From an uncultured delta proteobacterium (GTDB lineage: Bacteria; Desulfobacterota; WTBG01; CAIYCZ01; CAIRTM01), in the NCBI GenBank assembly GCA_963804955.1, contig CAWDSQ010000030.1:96001-160000 (forward strand): 64,000 bases of DNA. The letters run 5' to 3'. The position numbers and the translations under genes are program-made. The notes under the pieces are model-generated. The model had not been told where the DNA came from, searched no databases, and saw only the letters and a list, made by a program, of their open reading frames with translations. Below, piece after piece: positions 1 to 10,328 of the stretch; within the stretch, counting starts at the first letter, position 1; each line of letters starts with the position of its first letter.

Positions 1-206
1 AGGCAGGTCCGAAGGCCATAGAGGCTGTGGTAGATAAAGAACAGAATGACCACAAGGTCAACTGCCACAAGGCCATGCAGCTTTGTCCAGTACGGGACCA
101 CATCCTGGCCGAATCTGCCCACCACGCCGAAGCCAGAATAAATTTTAAACCCGATGAGCAGAATGAGCAACAAACCGCTGACCCGGTGAAACACCCAGAC
201 AAACAT
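1..206 (-). CDS. sdhC: Succinate dehydrogenase cytochrome b-type membrane anchor (SdhC-like), 5' part; runs off the window
   Basis: Not in the ORF track. Manual translation after a GGAGG RBS gives MFVWVFHRVSGLLLILL...FFIYHSLYGLRTC. The WxxHRxSG and HxxxGxR motifs are typical of SdhC, and the gene lies downstream of sucCD. Confidence 0.7.
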   Translation of the reverse strand, partial: MFVWVFHRVSGLLLILLIGFKIYSGFGVVGRFGQDVVPYWTKLHGLVAVDLVVILFFIYHSLYGLRTC

Positions 207-328
207 ATAACACCCTCCACAAAGAGATTCGAAAGCGGAAGATTGCAGGCTGCTCCGCACACTTCAATTCTGAATCCTGCCTATGCCGGCAGCTGCAGTG
301 CTGCTGTGACCGGACAGGTAACGTGTGA

Positions 329-778
329 TCACGTTTCAATCGCCGGGAACCAGTCATGGGCGCTGTGTGTGTCGAGAAAACGCCCGCCGACAATATCAGC
401 AAAGTTTTTTATAAAAGTCAAACCGTTCAGGCAATCCTTTTTGAGAAGGGCATCCAGCTTCTTTTTTTCGATCCTGACAACCCTGCTCGGAAGCACGCAC
501 TCTGCCGAGGCGGAATAGGCCGGCCGGTCAAGCAGGCATGACCAGCCGAAAAAGTCTCCGGGGGTATGCAGAAAGGAGACGCTGTTTTTGTTCCGCTCAG
601 CGCGAATGCAGATTCTTCCTTCTTCCAAAAGGTAGAAGTTTTTGGCCGGGTCGCCATTCTTGATGAGAATAGCACCTTTCTCTTTCGACTCCAGAACCGC
701 AATCGCCTCCAGCTGGGCTAAAAAATCCTTGCTCAACCCTTTGAACAGCCTTTGTCCTTTGAAAGATTTGATACTCAT
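329..778 (-). CDS. Stand-alone cyclic-nucleotide-binding (Crp-like) domain protein without HTH
   Basis: LFKGL...GDPAKNFYLLEEG...PGDFFGWSCLLDRPAYSASA matches the cNMP-binding fold; 149 aa, no DNA-binding domain. Confidence 0.8.
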   Translation of the reverse strand: MSIKSFKGQRLFKGLSKDFLAQLEAIAVLESKEKGAILIKNGDPAKNFYLLEEGRICIRAERNKNSVSFLHTPGDFFGWSCLLDRPAYSASAECVLPSRVVRIEKKKLDALLKKDCLNGLTFIKNFADIVGGRFLDTHSAHDWFPAIET

Positions 779-1011
779 CGCATGACCTCCTCTAAGGGTT
801 TATTGTGGTAAATACCTGTCAACAGCCGGCATCCCCCGCATAGCGTGTGGATTGATTCCGTCCTGGAAAGGCGTAATCAAAAAAACACTAAGTGCTGGAG
901 CTGCCTTCTTCACGAAAATATCGCCTGTTGCGATGGCTCCCTGAAGACAGTAAAAACATGTACTGGTCTCCGCAGCATGCTTGTGAGCAGTTGACAGTAT
1001 CCTATATGTGT

Positions 1012-1920
1012 TTATGCCTTCCGCGCACTATGCAGCCGCAGGGCTTCAACCCCAAGCGCCGCCGCTATCTCCGTGCCGAATTTTGCAGGGTTTTTCAGCA
1101 CGTTTATCCCGGCATCCACCCAGGCGCTCATTTTTTCAGCTGCGGTGCCTCTGCCGCCGGCTATAATAGCTCCGGCATGGCCCATGCGCCTTCCCGGAGG
1201 GGCGGTCTGCCCTGCGATAAATCCAATGACCGGCTTGGTGAAATGGCTCTTTATATAGGCTGCAGCTTCCTCTTCAGCCGTGCCCCCGATCTCGCCGATC
1301 AAGACCACTGCCAGCGTCTGCTCATCTGTGTTGAACAGCCTCAGCAAATCGGTAAACGAGGAGCCAACGATCGGATCACCGCCGATGCCGATACAGGTCG
1401 ACTGGCCGATATCCAGCTGTGTCAGCTGATAGACCGCTTCATAGGTAAGCGTTCCGCTTCGGGAGATGACGCCCACCGGGCCCTTTTTGTGGATATAGCC
1501 CGGCATGATGCCTATTTTGCAGGCTCCCGGCGATATCACGCCCGGGCAGTTGGGCCCGATGAGAACCGTTTTCCGGCCGCACATGAATTTTTTTATTTTG
1601 ACCATATCCAGGACCGGTATGCCCTCCGTGATGCAGACCACGAGGTCGAGCCCGGCGTCAACTGCCTCCATGATTGCATCGGCCGCCACAGAAGGCGGCA
1701 CGAAAATACACGAGGCATTTGCCCCTTCCTTTTCCTTTGCATCGATAACCCGGTTATAGACCGGCACTTTCTCTTCAAAAAGCTGGCCGCCCTTGCCCGG
1801 GGTTACCCCGGCAACTATCTGCGTGCCATAGGCCATGCACTGGCCGGCATGGAAGCCGCCTTCCCTGCCGGTAATTCCCTGCACGATAACGCGCGTTTGA
1901 CTGTTCACAAGAATGCTCAA
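1012..1920 (-). CDS. sucD: Succinyl-CoA synthetase alpha subunit
   Basis: Probable TTG start at 1920 ([18 protein letters not shown]); [15 protein letters not shown] and RMGHAGA (phospho-His) motifs. Confidence 0.95.
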   Translation of the reverse strand: MSILVNSQTRVIVQGITGREGGFHAGQCMAYGTQIVAGVTPGKGGQLFEEKVPVYNRVIDAKEKEGANASCIFVPPSVAADAIMEAVDAGLDLVVCITEGIPVLDMVKIKKFMCGRKTVLIGPNCPGVISPGACKIGIMPGYIHKKGPVGVISRSGTLTYEAVYQLTQLDIGQSTCIGIGGDPIVGSSFTDLLRLFNTDEQTLAVVLIGEIGGTAEEEAAAYIKSHFTKPVIGFIAGQTAPPGRRMGHAGAIIAGGRGTAAEKMSAWVDAGINVLKNPAKFGTEIAAALGVEALRLHSARKA

Positions 1921-1940
1921 GATAGTTCCGTGATAAAAGG

Positions 1941-3101
1941 TTATGCCCCTGCGCACCGGGCCACTTTTTGAGCGGCATCCCCAAATGACAAAGCCACATG
2001 AAAATTGAGTCCCGACTGCCGCAGCAGCTCTTTTCCCTGCTCGGCATTGGTTCCCGCGAACCGTATGACCAGCGGCACGGTAAACTTGATTTTCTCCGCC
2101 GCGGCTATGATGCCGGCTGCCACCCGGTCGCAGCGCAAAATACCGCCGAAAATATTTATGAGCACGGCTTTCACATGTGTATCCGAGAGCAGTATCCTGA
2201 GCGCCTGCTCCACCTGCTCGGCAGAGGCCCCGCCGCCCACATCCAGAAAATTGGCGGGCTCGGCCCCGGCAACTTTGATAATGTCCATCGTCGCCATGGC
2301 AAGGCCTGCGCCGTTGACCATGCAGCCTACGTTTCCGTCGAGCTTGATATAGCTGAGCCTGTGCCGGATCGCTTCGATCTCGATGGGGTCCTGCTCATCA
2401 GGGTCGAACAGCTCCATGATGTCCGTATGCCGGAACAGGGCATCGTCGTCAAAGGCGGCCTTGGCGTCAAGGGCGATCATAGTCCGGTCTTTTGTTATGA
2501 CCAGGGGATTGATTTCAATAAGGGAGCAGTCTTTTTCGATAAACATTTTATAGAGGCGGGCAACGATATCTGCGGCAGGCTTTGCAAGGTCGGCGCCAAG
2601 GTTCAGACCGAATGCGAGCTTTCTGGCGTGCATGCCCGAAAGACCTGTGGCGGGATCAACAGCAATGCGGATAATTTTTTCAGGGGCCTTTGCGGCAACC
2701 TCTTCAATATCGATGCCGCCGGAGGCAGAAGCCATGATGACCGGCATGGCAAGGGCACGGTCAACAACGATGCCCAGGTAAAGCTCCTGTGCCACGTCAA
2801 GGCCCTGCTCCACAAGCACCTTCTGTACCTTCCTGCCCTCGGGGCCGGTCTGGTGCGTAACCAGGTTCATGCCCAGAATATCTCTGGCAGCTGCATGGGC
2901 ATCATCAGGATTTTTCGCCAGCCTAACGCCGCCGCCTTTGCCGCGGCCTCCGGCGTGAATCTGCGCTTTCACCACCACCACGCCGGCAGTGCTTTCAGCA
3001 AATATCCGCACCTGCTCGGCAGTAACGGCTACGGTGCCGTTGGGTACCGGGATGCCATAATCGCTCAAGATTTTTTTGGCTTGATACTCATGAACTTTCA
3101 T
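1941..3101 (-). CDS. sucC: Succinyl-CoA synthetase beta subunit
   Basis: [35 protein letters not shown] and NFLDVGGGA motifs. Confidence 0.96.
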   Translation of the reverse strand: MKVHEYQAKKILSDYGIPVPNGTVAVTAEQVRIFAESTAGVVVVKAQIHAGGRGKGGGVRLAKNPDDAHAAARDILGMNLVTHQTGPEGRKVQKVLVEQGLDVAQELYLGIVVDRALAMPVIMASASGGIDIEEVAAKAPEKIIRIAVDPATGLSGMHARKLAFGLNLGADLAKPAADIVARLYKMFIEKDCSLIEINPLVITKDRTMIALDAKAAFDDDALFRHTDIMELFDPDEQDPIEIEAIRHRLSYIKLDGNVGCMVNGAGLAMATMDIIKVAGAEPANFLDVGGGASAEQVEQALRILLSDTHVKAVLINIFGGILRCDRVAAGIIAAAEKIKFTVPLVIRFAGTNAEQGKELLRQSGLNFHVALSFGDAAQKVARCAGA

Positions 3102-3523
3102 GCACTACCTTACCAGGGTTCATATGCCGTACCGCCAGCCAACCTTTAGCATCGCGGCAATGAAAGAACAGATTTAGAAAATCCAGAGCATATCTTTTAC
3201 ATAGCACATAGCAAAAAATGAATTTTAATAAAACATTTATTCTTATTACTCAACTTGACTGGCTTTTAACAGAATCATGGAAAATCCTTGTATTTATTAT
3301 TAGTGCCCCGGCCAGCCTGTTCAGGGGCACAAAGCGTCGCAAGGGCGGTGCGAATGAATGTGCCGTATCACACAAAAAACCGGTTTTATGAGCACGTAGC
3401 CCGACGCAAGCGGCGTGCCACTGAGCAGGCCGGCGCCAGCTTAAAAAGTCAGTCAAGTTGAGTTATTAGCATGAGCAGCAAAACTGAAAGAAACAGCCAT
3501 CCGGGCGGCGCTGCCTTCAGTTG

Positions 3524-5158
3524 TTACTTCCCTGCCTTCATGGCCTCCAGTTCTTCCTTTTTGATAATGTTTTTCTGCACCTTCCCGATGGAAGTCCGGG
3601 GGAAATCGTCTCTGAATTTTACAAAGCCCGGCACCTTGAACTTTGCCACCCGTTCGGCGCACCAGTCGATGATTTCCTGCTCCGAGCATGTTTCGCCGGG
3701 GATCAGGATAACGCATGCCATGACCGCCTCATCCCGTATGACATCGGGCACGCCGATAACCGCCACCTCCCGCACCTTGGGATGGAGGCTGATGACATAC
3801 TCCACTTCCGAGGTCGCCACGTTTTCGCCAGACCGCTTGATCATGTCCTTCTTTCTGTCCATGAAATGGAAGTAGCCGTCTTCATCCATATGGGCATTGT
3901 CGCCCGTATACAGCCACCCGTCTATGATCGTTTCGGCTGTGGCCTGGGGGTTATTGTAATAGCCCTTCATGAGCGTTCTGCCCGGCACGCCCTTGACGAC
4001 GAGCTCCCCGACAGTGCCCGGCGGAACTTCATTGCCGTGCTCATCGATGACCTTCGCCGCATTTTCCATGCGCGGCATGCCGATGCAGTTTCGCTTCAGT
4101 ACGCCGTCGACAGGATTGATGGTCGTTGCGCCGAGCGTTTCAGTCATGCCCCACAGATCGCACAGGGGAACATTGAAGCGCGTTTCGAACTCGATCCATT
4201 TTTCTTCGGGGATCGCAATGGCATACATAATCATCCTGAAATCGTTCCGGCCGTCGAGCCCGGCTGCGGGCTGATTTAATATCATCTTTACCGTTGCCGC
4301 GACGAGGCTAGACGTCGTTGCTCCATGCCGGCGCGCCTGCTCCATATACTTTGATGCGCTGAACACCTCTGCCATAACAAGCGTGGCCCCTGCGGTGAGC
4401 GTGGGCATGACGGATATGAACTGGCCGTTCACGTGGAACAGGGGCAGCACGATAAAATGCCGGTCGGCAGGAACAACCTTCCAGGCCTGGGCTCCGAAAA
4501 TACCTGAAAAAACCGCATTGGCATGGGTGAGCTGCACAGCCTTCGGCCGTGATGTCGTTCCTGATGTAAACAGCCACATCAGGTCTTCTTCATTATGCAT
4601 CGCGACCGGCGCAAGCTCAGCCGGCGCGTCTTTCAGAAGGTCAGGGATCAGAACATGCTCAACCCGCGCGCGGACAGCTTCAGGCATCTCCCTGCGGTAG
4701 AGCTCGACAATACGCGGGCCGGGATAGCGGGGGGAAGTTCTTGTGAGGAAGAGGTGGCCTATCTTCGGACACTTTTCCGCAAGGCCGTTGAAAAGCTCAA
4801 AATAGGCAGGCTCCGTGATGACCGCTACGGATTCCGAGAACTCAAGATAATATTCAAGTTCGAAAGCACCCGCCAGGACATTGGTGGGAATCATCACCGC
4901 GCCGATTTTCGCCAGGGCAAACCATGCAAAAAGATATTCCGGCGAGTTCACAAGGTGCACCGTCACCTTGTCGCCTTTCTTAATGCCCTTGCTTAAAATA
5001 ATATTGGCGTACTTGTTGACAAGATCATCAAGCTCCCTGTAGGTATAGCGTATGACATTGCCGTCGCGGTCTTCGAAAACGATGGCTTCCTTTGAAGCAA
5101 ACTCCCTGCATTTGAACTCTAAAACGTCCCTGAGGTTTTTCGTTCCGATGATGTCCAT
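3524..5158 (-). CDS. AMP-dependent acyl-CoA ligase, crotonobetaine/carnitine-CoA ligase (CaiC)-like
   Basis: FTSGTTSRPK P-loop, WGMTE, YTGD and PRTSIGK motifs. The N-terminus MDIIG...KGDKVTVHL..SPEYLFAWFALAKIGAVMIP resembles CaiC. Substrate uncertain. Confidence 0.8.
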   Translation of the reverse strand: MDIIGTKNLRDVLEFKCREFASKEAIVFEDRDGNVIRYTYRELDDLVNKYANIILSKGIKKGDKVTVHLVNSPEYLFAWFALAKIGAVMIPTNVLAGAFELEYYLEFSESVAVITEPAYFELFNGLAEKCPKIGHLFLTRTSPRYPGPRIVELYRREMPEAVRARVEHVLIPDLLKDAPAELAPVAMHNEEDLMWLFTSGTTSRPKAVQLTHANAVFSGIFGAQAWKVVPADRHFIVLPLFHVNGQFISVMPTLTAGATLVMAEVFSASKYMEQARRHGATTSSLVAATVKMILNQPAAGLDGRNDFRMIMYAIAIPEEKWIEFETRFNVPLCDLWGMTETLGATTINPVDGVLKRNCIGMPRMENAAKVIDEHGNEVPPGTVGELVVKGVPGRTLMKGYYNNPQATAETIIDGWLYTGDNAHMDEDGYFHFMDRKKDMIKRSGENVATSEVEYVISLHPKVREVAVIGVPDVIRDEAVMACVILIPGETCSEQEIIDWCAERVAKFKVPGFVKFRDDFPRTSIGKVQKNIIKKEELEAMKAGK

Positions 5159-5359
5159 GCTGCCCTCCATGTCATTTAAATTTGTTTATAACAGCCCTCT
5201 TCAAAAATAATATCTGAACATCAGTAACCGTATCAGAGCAGTGCGCCAGAAGCAGTGGCGGAGGTAAAAAGCTTGTTCTGGCTGGGCAGAAGATAGGATT
5301 CCGAGTAGTAAATGTCAATAAATATTTCAAATTATGAAAAAATTAATAGTAAAAAAATA

Positions 5360-5600
5360 TGGTTATCTCCAAAGCTGAACCTGTGTATGGTCGTTACTAT
5401 CATCGCACAATTTTGTCCATTTCGACCGCAGGGAGTCCGCAGGTTGCGTACTCGCATCAATCTTAGACTGAAGTGAAATTATGGCGTTAGGATTTCTCAT
5501 CCCGCTTTCAGCGGGATTCGAAATGACAGCAAGAGCAATTACGACCAAGGTATACGCTCGTGTCCAGAATAAGGGGTTAGTTCAGCTTTGGAGATAACCA
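5360..5600. mobile_element. Non-coding ~240-bp MITE-like element
   Basis: Perfect 21-bp terminal inverted repeat TGGTTATCTCCAAAGCTGAAC (5360-5380 and 5580-5600), with an internal REP-like hairpin ending CGAAATGACA. Confidence 0.6.
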
Positions 5601-5693
5601 GATAAAAAAAACTATGCTGATTTTGCAGAACAAAATCCTGTTGCGCGTTGCACTGCAGATTTCTGAAAGAAATAATTGATTGGCGGCTTGCGC

Positions 5694-6251
5694 CTAGCAT
5701 TTTTTGTATTTCATAGCGCCTTCAGCATAAAGGTCATTCCCCCGCACGTCGTTAATAACAACGACCGGAAAATCCACTACCTCCAGCCTTCTGATCGCCT
5801 CAGGCCCCAGATCTTCATAAGCCACAATCTCTGCCTTTTTAATTGCTTTGGCTAAAAGAGCGCCGGCACCGCCGGTTGCACCGAAGTAGACAGCCTTGTA
5901 TTTCTTCATGGCATCTATTACAGCCTCCGCCCTGTTGCCCTTGCCTATCATACCCTTAAGGCCGAGCTCTATCAGCTTGGGTGAAAAACTGTCCATCCGG
6001 TAGCTTGTCGTGGGCCCTGCCGACCCAATAGCCTGGCCCGGTTTTGCCGGAGAAGGCCCTACAAAATAAATAAGCTGCCCTTTAATGTCCAGGGGCAGTT
6101 GCTTGCCCTGCTCAATAAGATCGAGCAGTCTTTTATGGGCCGCGTCTCTGCCCGTATAGATGATGCCGGTAAGTAAGACCTTATCCCCTATGTTCAGCGG
6201 CTCAAGGTCTTTCACCGTAAGCGGAGTACGAAGGCGTATCGGGTTACTCAT
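5694..6251 (-). CDS. Fe-S fumarate/tartrate hydro-lyase beta subunit
   Basis: GRDAAHKR, GPTTSYRMD, IGKG and DLGPEA motifs. Confidence 0.92.
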   Translation of the reverse strand: MSNPIRLRTPLTVKDLEPLNIGDKVLLTGIIYTGRDAAHKRLLDLIEQGKQLPLDIKGQLIYFVGPSPAKPGQAIGSAGPTTSYRMDSFSPKLIELGLKGMIGKGNRAEAVIDAMKKYKAVYFGATGGAGALLAKAIKKAEIVAYEDLGPEAIRRLEVVDFPVVVINDVRGNDLYAEGAMKYKKC

Positions 6252-6271
6252 GTTCCTGCTCCTGCTTCATA

Positions 6272-7111
6272 TTAAATGACAGCTTCTTTATGGCGCGCAG
6301 AATGGCAGTTGATATTCACAGCCACAGGCAGGCTTGCAATATGGCACGGCTCAATTTCCATAAAGACATCGAGGCTGGTCGTATTTCCGCCGTATCCCAT
6401 GGGGCCGATACCAAGTTTGTTTATCTCGTTAAGAATTTCCAGCTCCATTTCAGCCAGTTCGGGATCAGGGTTCCTCGTCCCGATCTCGCGCAGCAAGGCC
6501 TTCTTTGCAAGCAGGGCGGAGCGTTCGAACGTGCCGCCGATGCCGATGCCGACAATAGTCGGGGGACAGGGATTGCTGCCCGCTTCGCGCAGACGGTTGA
6601 CGACGAAATCCTTGACGCCCGCATAGCCGGCTGCCGGGGTGAGCATGGTTACGCGGCTCATGTTTTCACTGCCGCCGCCCTTCGGGGCCATGGTGATTTT
6701 AATTGTATCTCCCGGAACAATATCCACATGAATTATAGCCGGAAGATTATCGCCGGTATTCTTGCGCGTGAACGGATGGCACGCAGACTTCCGCAAATAG
6801 CCATCCGCATAGCCCTGCTGTACGCCCTGGCTGATTGCGGCTTTCAGGTCTCCGCCCGTGACATGCACGTCCTGGCCTATCTCAACGAACAGAACCGCAA
6901 GGCCGCAATCCTGGCACAGCGGCACCTCTTCATGCCGTGCAATTCTCGCGTTTTCCTTCAGCTCTTGAAGCACCTCCCGTGCTACAGGAGATTCGTCCGA
7001 GGCAATAGCCTTGTCAAATGCGCTCAGAACATCCTGCCCCAGATTATAATTTGCGCTCATGCACAGATCCCGCACAACCGGGATTATTTCACTGATTGCT
7101 ATTTCTCTCAT
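6272..7111 (-). CDS. Fe-S fumarate/tartrate hydro-lyase alpha subunit
   Basis: PLCQDCG, KGGGSEN, NPCPP, HIASLPVAVN and CHSARH motifs. Confidence 0.92.
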   Translation of the reverse strand: MREIAISEIIPVVRDLCMSANYNLGQDVLSAFDKAIASDESPVAREVLQELKENARIARHEEVPLCQDCGLAVLFVEIGQDVHVTGGDLKAAISQGVQQGYADGYLRKSACHPFTRKNTGDNLPAIIHVDIVPGDTIKITMAPKGGGSENMSRVTMLTPAAGYAGVKDFVVNRLREAGSNPCPPTIVGIGIGGTFERSALLAKKALLREIGTRNPDPELAEMELEILNEINKLGIGPMGYGGNTTSLDVFMEIEPCHIASLPVAVNINCHSARHKEAVI

Positions 7112-7120
7112 GACCGGCTC

Positions 7121-8579
7121 CTATTTCCTGACCGCGTCCACAGCCTTTTTCGCGGCGTCCTCAATTAATTTGGTATCAGGCTTTTTAATGAAATTTTTCT
7201 CCATAAGAAGATCCATTACCGCTCGCGCTTCTCTGATATCGGCAAGGGTCCTGTTGTACACTTCATCTCTTGTGAGGATTATCCTTGCGACGCCGTTCTT
7301 AATCGCCTCCATTGCGACAGCCGCAGCCTCTTCGGCAAACAGCTCTGTTTCGTCCATTGAGGGCATTATCCTGTCCGGATGAATGCCTTTTCTCTCCGCG
7401 AACTTTGCAATGGAATATGCGGCGGCGAGGGCCATTTCATCCGTTATCTTTTTAGACCGGACGAGAAGAGCGCCTTTGAGGATTCCCGGGAACCCGACGG
7501 AGTTGTTGACCTGGTTCGGGAAATCACCCCTGCCCGTTGCGACAATGCAGGCGCCTGCCTCCTTTGCCGCATACGGATAAATTTCCGGCACCGGATTTGA
7601 GCAGCAGAACACTATCCCCTTGAGTATTCATGCTTCTGATCCAGTCCTGTTTAACCGCATCCGGCCCGGGGTGGCTGAGTGCTATGAGTACATCGGCTCC
7701 CTTCATTGCTTCTTCTATGGCTGTATATTTATCCGGATTAGTAGCTTCACACAGCTCCCATTTCCGGTAAAAGGCTGTGTCGGCTTTAATGTCCTCCCTC
7801 CCGGTATGGAGGCCCCCCTTTGAGTCAAACACTGACATTTTTCCCGGATCAGCGCCTGCCTGGAGAATCAGCCGCGCGATTGTTGTATTGGATGCGCCCG
7901 CTCCCATCATAACTATTTTAACTTTATCAATATCTTTTCCTGCCACCTTGAGTGCATTGATCAGCCCTGCTACGGTAACGCAGCCGGTACCCTGCGCGTC
8001 ATCATGCCATACGGGAATATCACATGCCTCACGCAGGGTATCCAGTACCTTGAAGCAGTTGGGCTGCGAAATATCTTCGAGGTTTACGGCGCCGAAACTC
8101 GGCTCCGCCATTTTTACGAAATCGATAATTTTATCCGGATCATGCCTGCCTTTGTCGTTATAGCTGTTCATGCACAGTGCGACAGCGTCAACGCCGCCGA
8201 GGTATTTCATCAGAAAGGCTTTTCCTTCCATGACCCCGAGCCCGCCCGCCGGCGTACAGTCTCCGTCGCCGAGAACTCTTGTTGAGTCGGAGACTACGGC
8301 AACAAGATTGCTCCTGTTTGAAAGATCAAAAGAAAGCTCATTATTGTCGCGAATGCTGGTTGACACTGCGGATACGCCCGGCGTGTACCATACATTGAAC
8401 CAGTTGAAGCCGTATATGCCGGCTTTCGGCATTGTCATGGTCTTTCCGCCGTAAAACTTGTGTGCGGTATATGACAGTTCCTTAAGAAATATTGTCTTTG
8501 CTTTGGCTTTCTGCTCTTCCGTAAACTCATCCGGGAAAATGGAATTTAAATTCGACAGCGATATATCTATTTTTTCCAT
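7121..8579 (-). CDS. NAD(P)-dependent malic enzyme (one frameshift near 7620)
   Basis: YTPGV, VMEGKA, NLEDI, HDDAQGT and GAGAS in ORF 7524-8579; NPVPEI and ATGRGDFPNQVNN in ORF 7121-7612. Confidence 0.88.
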
Positions 8580-9112
8580 GGCTCAAGTCCTTTGCTGCAA
8601 TGCTTTTGTTAAATATTTTTTTTGTTTCACCGGCTGCCTTTGCCGCAGCGCGACAGGTTCGCGATAACCATTATTATGAATTCGATACCGCGTCAACAGC
8701 TTCATGAACAGAATGCCTTCATATTTTGGCAACCCTTGCTCTTTTTTAGCTAATAAGCATAGCATATATTTACTTTTTTCTGCTATTTGTCACAGGGCGG
8801 CAACCTTCTAAGTCGCTTTGCCGTTTCACGGGGATGTACAGCAAAGACTAACCGGTATAGCTGCAGATATCGAGGGAATTACATGGTCGGCAGAATTTAT
8901 GAGCCCGTCTATCTCTGCCTCCGCCGGGCGAACAATGCTGATGCACAGCTTTCAATTGAGCAGGAAGTCCGCTATGCGGAATAGAAGGGCCGCCTGCGCA
9001 CGCAGGAGATGCAGGAGAAGCGTTTAAGGAACCGTTCTATGCGTCGTTAGATTGGTTCAAGTAGTTTGAGCAGTCAGCACTTAAATTCTCCATTTATTTA
9101 ATTTTATGGTTT

Positions 9113-9222
9113 CGTAAAAAGTCAGAAACTGTCACCGTGAACGAAGTGAAGGGTCTCTTAGCATGCTCAAAAAACGAGATTCTTCGCTCCGCTCAGAAAT
9201 GACAACCGCTGGGACTTTTACG
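9113..9222. repeat. REP-like palindromic element (TGTCA...GAGATTCTTC...AAATGACA family)
   Basis: Outer inverted repeat CGTAAAAAGTC / GACTTTTACG. The inner repeat resembles those near 31052, 44460 and 47620. Confidence 0.55.
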
Positions 9223-9331
9223 GCGGCATCAATGTTGGAAATCGATATTCTTGCTGCCCTTATTCGATTGAACGTTTTGATGCTCGTCGAAAAAAGAACG
9301 GCTGTTCAATAGTTAAATAATTGAAATAAAT

Positions 9332-9368
9332 TTCTTGACAGAACAAGAATATTGATATAATCTATCAA
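9332..9368 (+). promoter_or_regulatory. Putative sigma-70 promoter of the cytochrome gene with overlapping palindromes
   Basis: TTGACA at 9335-9340 and extended -10 TGATATAAT at 9353-9361 (short 15-bp spacer). Palindromes TTCTTG-N6-CAAGAA and TTGATA-N5-TATCAA. Confidence 0.45.
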
Positions 9369-9412
9369 AGTACTAGTTTCAAATTTATAATAATTTAAGC
9401 GAGGAGAAAGGT

Positions 9413-10087
9413 ATGAAAAAGTTTGCCTTCACAGTCATGTTTTTGTTCACGACAATACTTTTAGCCGGGGCGCAGAAGGGTTTTGCGTATCAGGATTTTA
9501 CATCAACACCAAACGGCGGCTGCCTGCAGTGTCATGCATTTGGGGGAGGGGGGCCTGCTCATAATACGCATTGGACAGCCTTAAATTTTGATTGCGCCCC
9601 ATGTCATCTCAACGGCGTACATGCTAAAAACGTAACGTCATCTACATGTGCAGCATGTCATCCTGCTGCTAATCCTGGAAACTGTCAGATAATTAATAGC
9701 GTTCAGGCAAATCATCCCAAAACCGGTGCTAACTCCTGTTATTCGTGCCACACGGCCTGCGTTGATGCAGATCGAGACAGCATTGCGGATGCCGCTGATA
9801 ACTGCCCGAACGTTTACAATCTCCAGCAGCTTGATGCCGACAGTGACGGATCAGGGGATGTGTGCGACACAACACCCGGTTGTGGTGGCTGCGGGCAGGG
9901 TGCCTGTGAGCCGCTGCAAACCGATTCAGACAATGACGGGATTGCTGATGTAGTAGATACCTGTCAGAACCTTTGCAATTCTCAGCAGCTTGATGCTGAC
10001 AATGACGGGGTAGGGGATGTATGCGATACCACGCCCGGTTGCGGCGGCTGCGGGCAGGTTGCCTGTGAAACGGTTTGTGCGCCGTAA
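9413..10087 (+). CDS. Secreted tetraheme cytochrome c with two C-terminal TSP3-like/CGGCG modules
   Basis: Signal peptide; four CxxCH motifs (CLQCH, CAPCH, CAACH, CYSCH); two copies of D.D.D...D.C....N.QQLDAD.DG.GDVCDTTPGCGGCGQ..CE. Confidence 0.85.
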   Translation: MKKFAFTVMFLFTTILLAGAQKGFAYQDFTSTPNGGCLQCHAFGGGGPAHNTHWTALNFDCAPCHLNGVHAKNVTSSTCAACHPAANPGNCQIINSVQANHPKTGANSCYSCHTACVDADRDSIADAADNCPNVYNLQQLDADSDGSGDVCDTTPGCGGCGQGACEPLQTDSDNDGIADVVDTCQNLCNSQQLDADNDGVGDVCDTTPGCGGCGQVACETVCAP

Positions 10088-10120
10088 TAGAGGTTAGCCG
10101 GTTACATTTTGTGAAATACC

Positions 10121-10160
10121 AAAAGGCCTCACCGCAACATATAGTGGTGAGGCCTTTTTT
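10121..10160. terminator. Rho-independent (likely bidirectional) terminator
   Basis: AAAAGGCCTCACC...GGTGAGGCCTTTTTT between convergent genes. Confidence 0.8.
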
Positions 10161-10328
10161 CTTAAAACTCCACATTGCGTCATACTATAATGCACTTTTT
10201 AATTAATTCCAATTGTTTGTTAAACTTCACACCCAAGTCTCGTATCTCAAGTTTTTTTGATTATGTCCTTCTCAGGGCGAGAAATCAAGCCTTCGTATGC
10301 GGTTTTCTGAGCTTCCCGTGCCCTGTCG

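Noticed and set aside
892..3149. Long plus-strand ORFs (892-1971, 1998-3149) and similar antisense ORFs such as 34781-35839 and 26267-27427
   Set aside because: Shadow ORFs opposite well-conserved genes in GC-rich coding DNA.
8787..9050. Short ORFs or structured RNA between the malic enzyme and the cytochrome
   Set aside because: No recognisable protein motif or riboswitch consensus.
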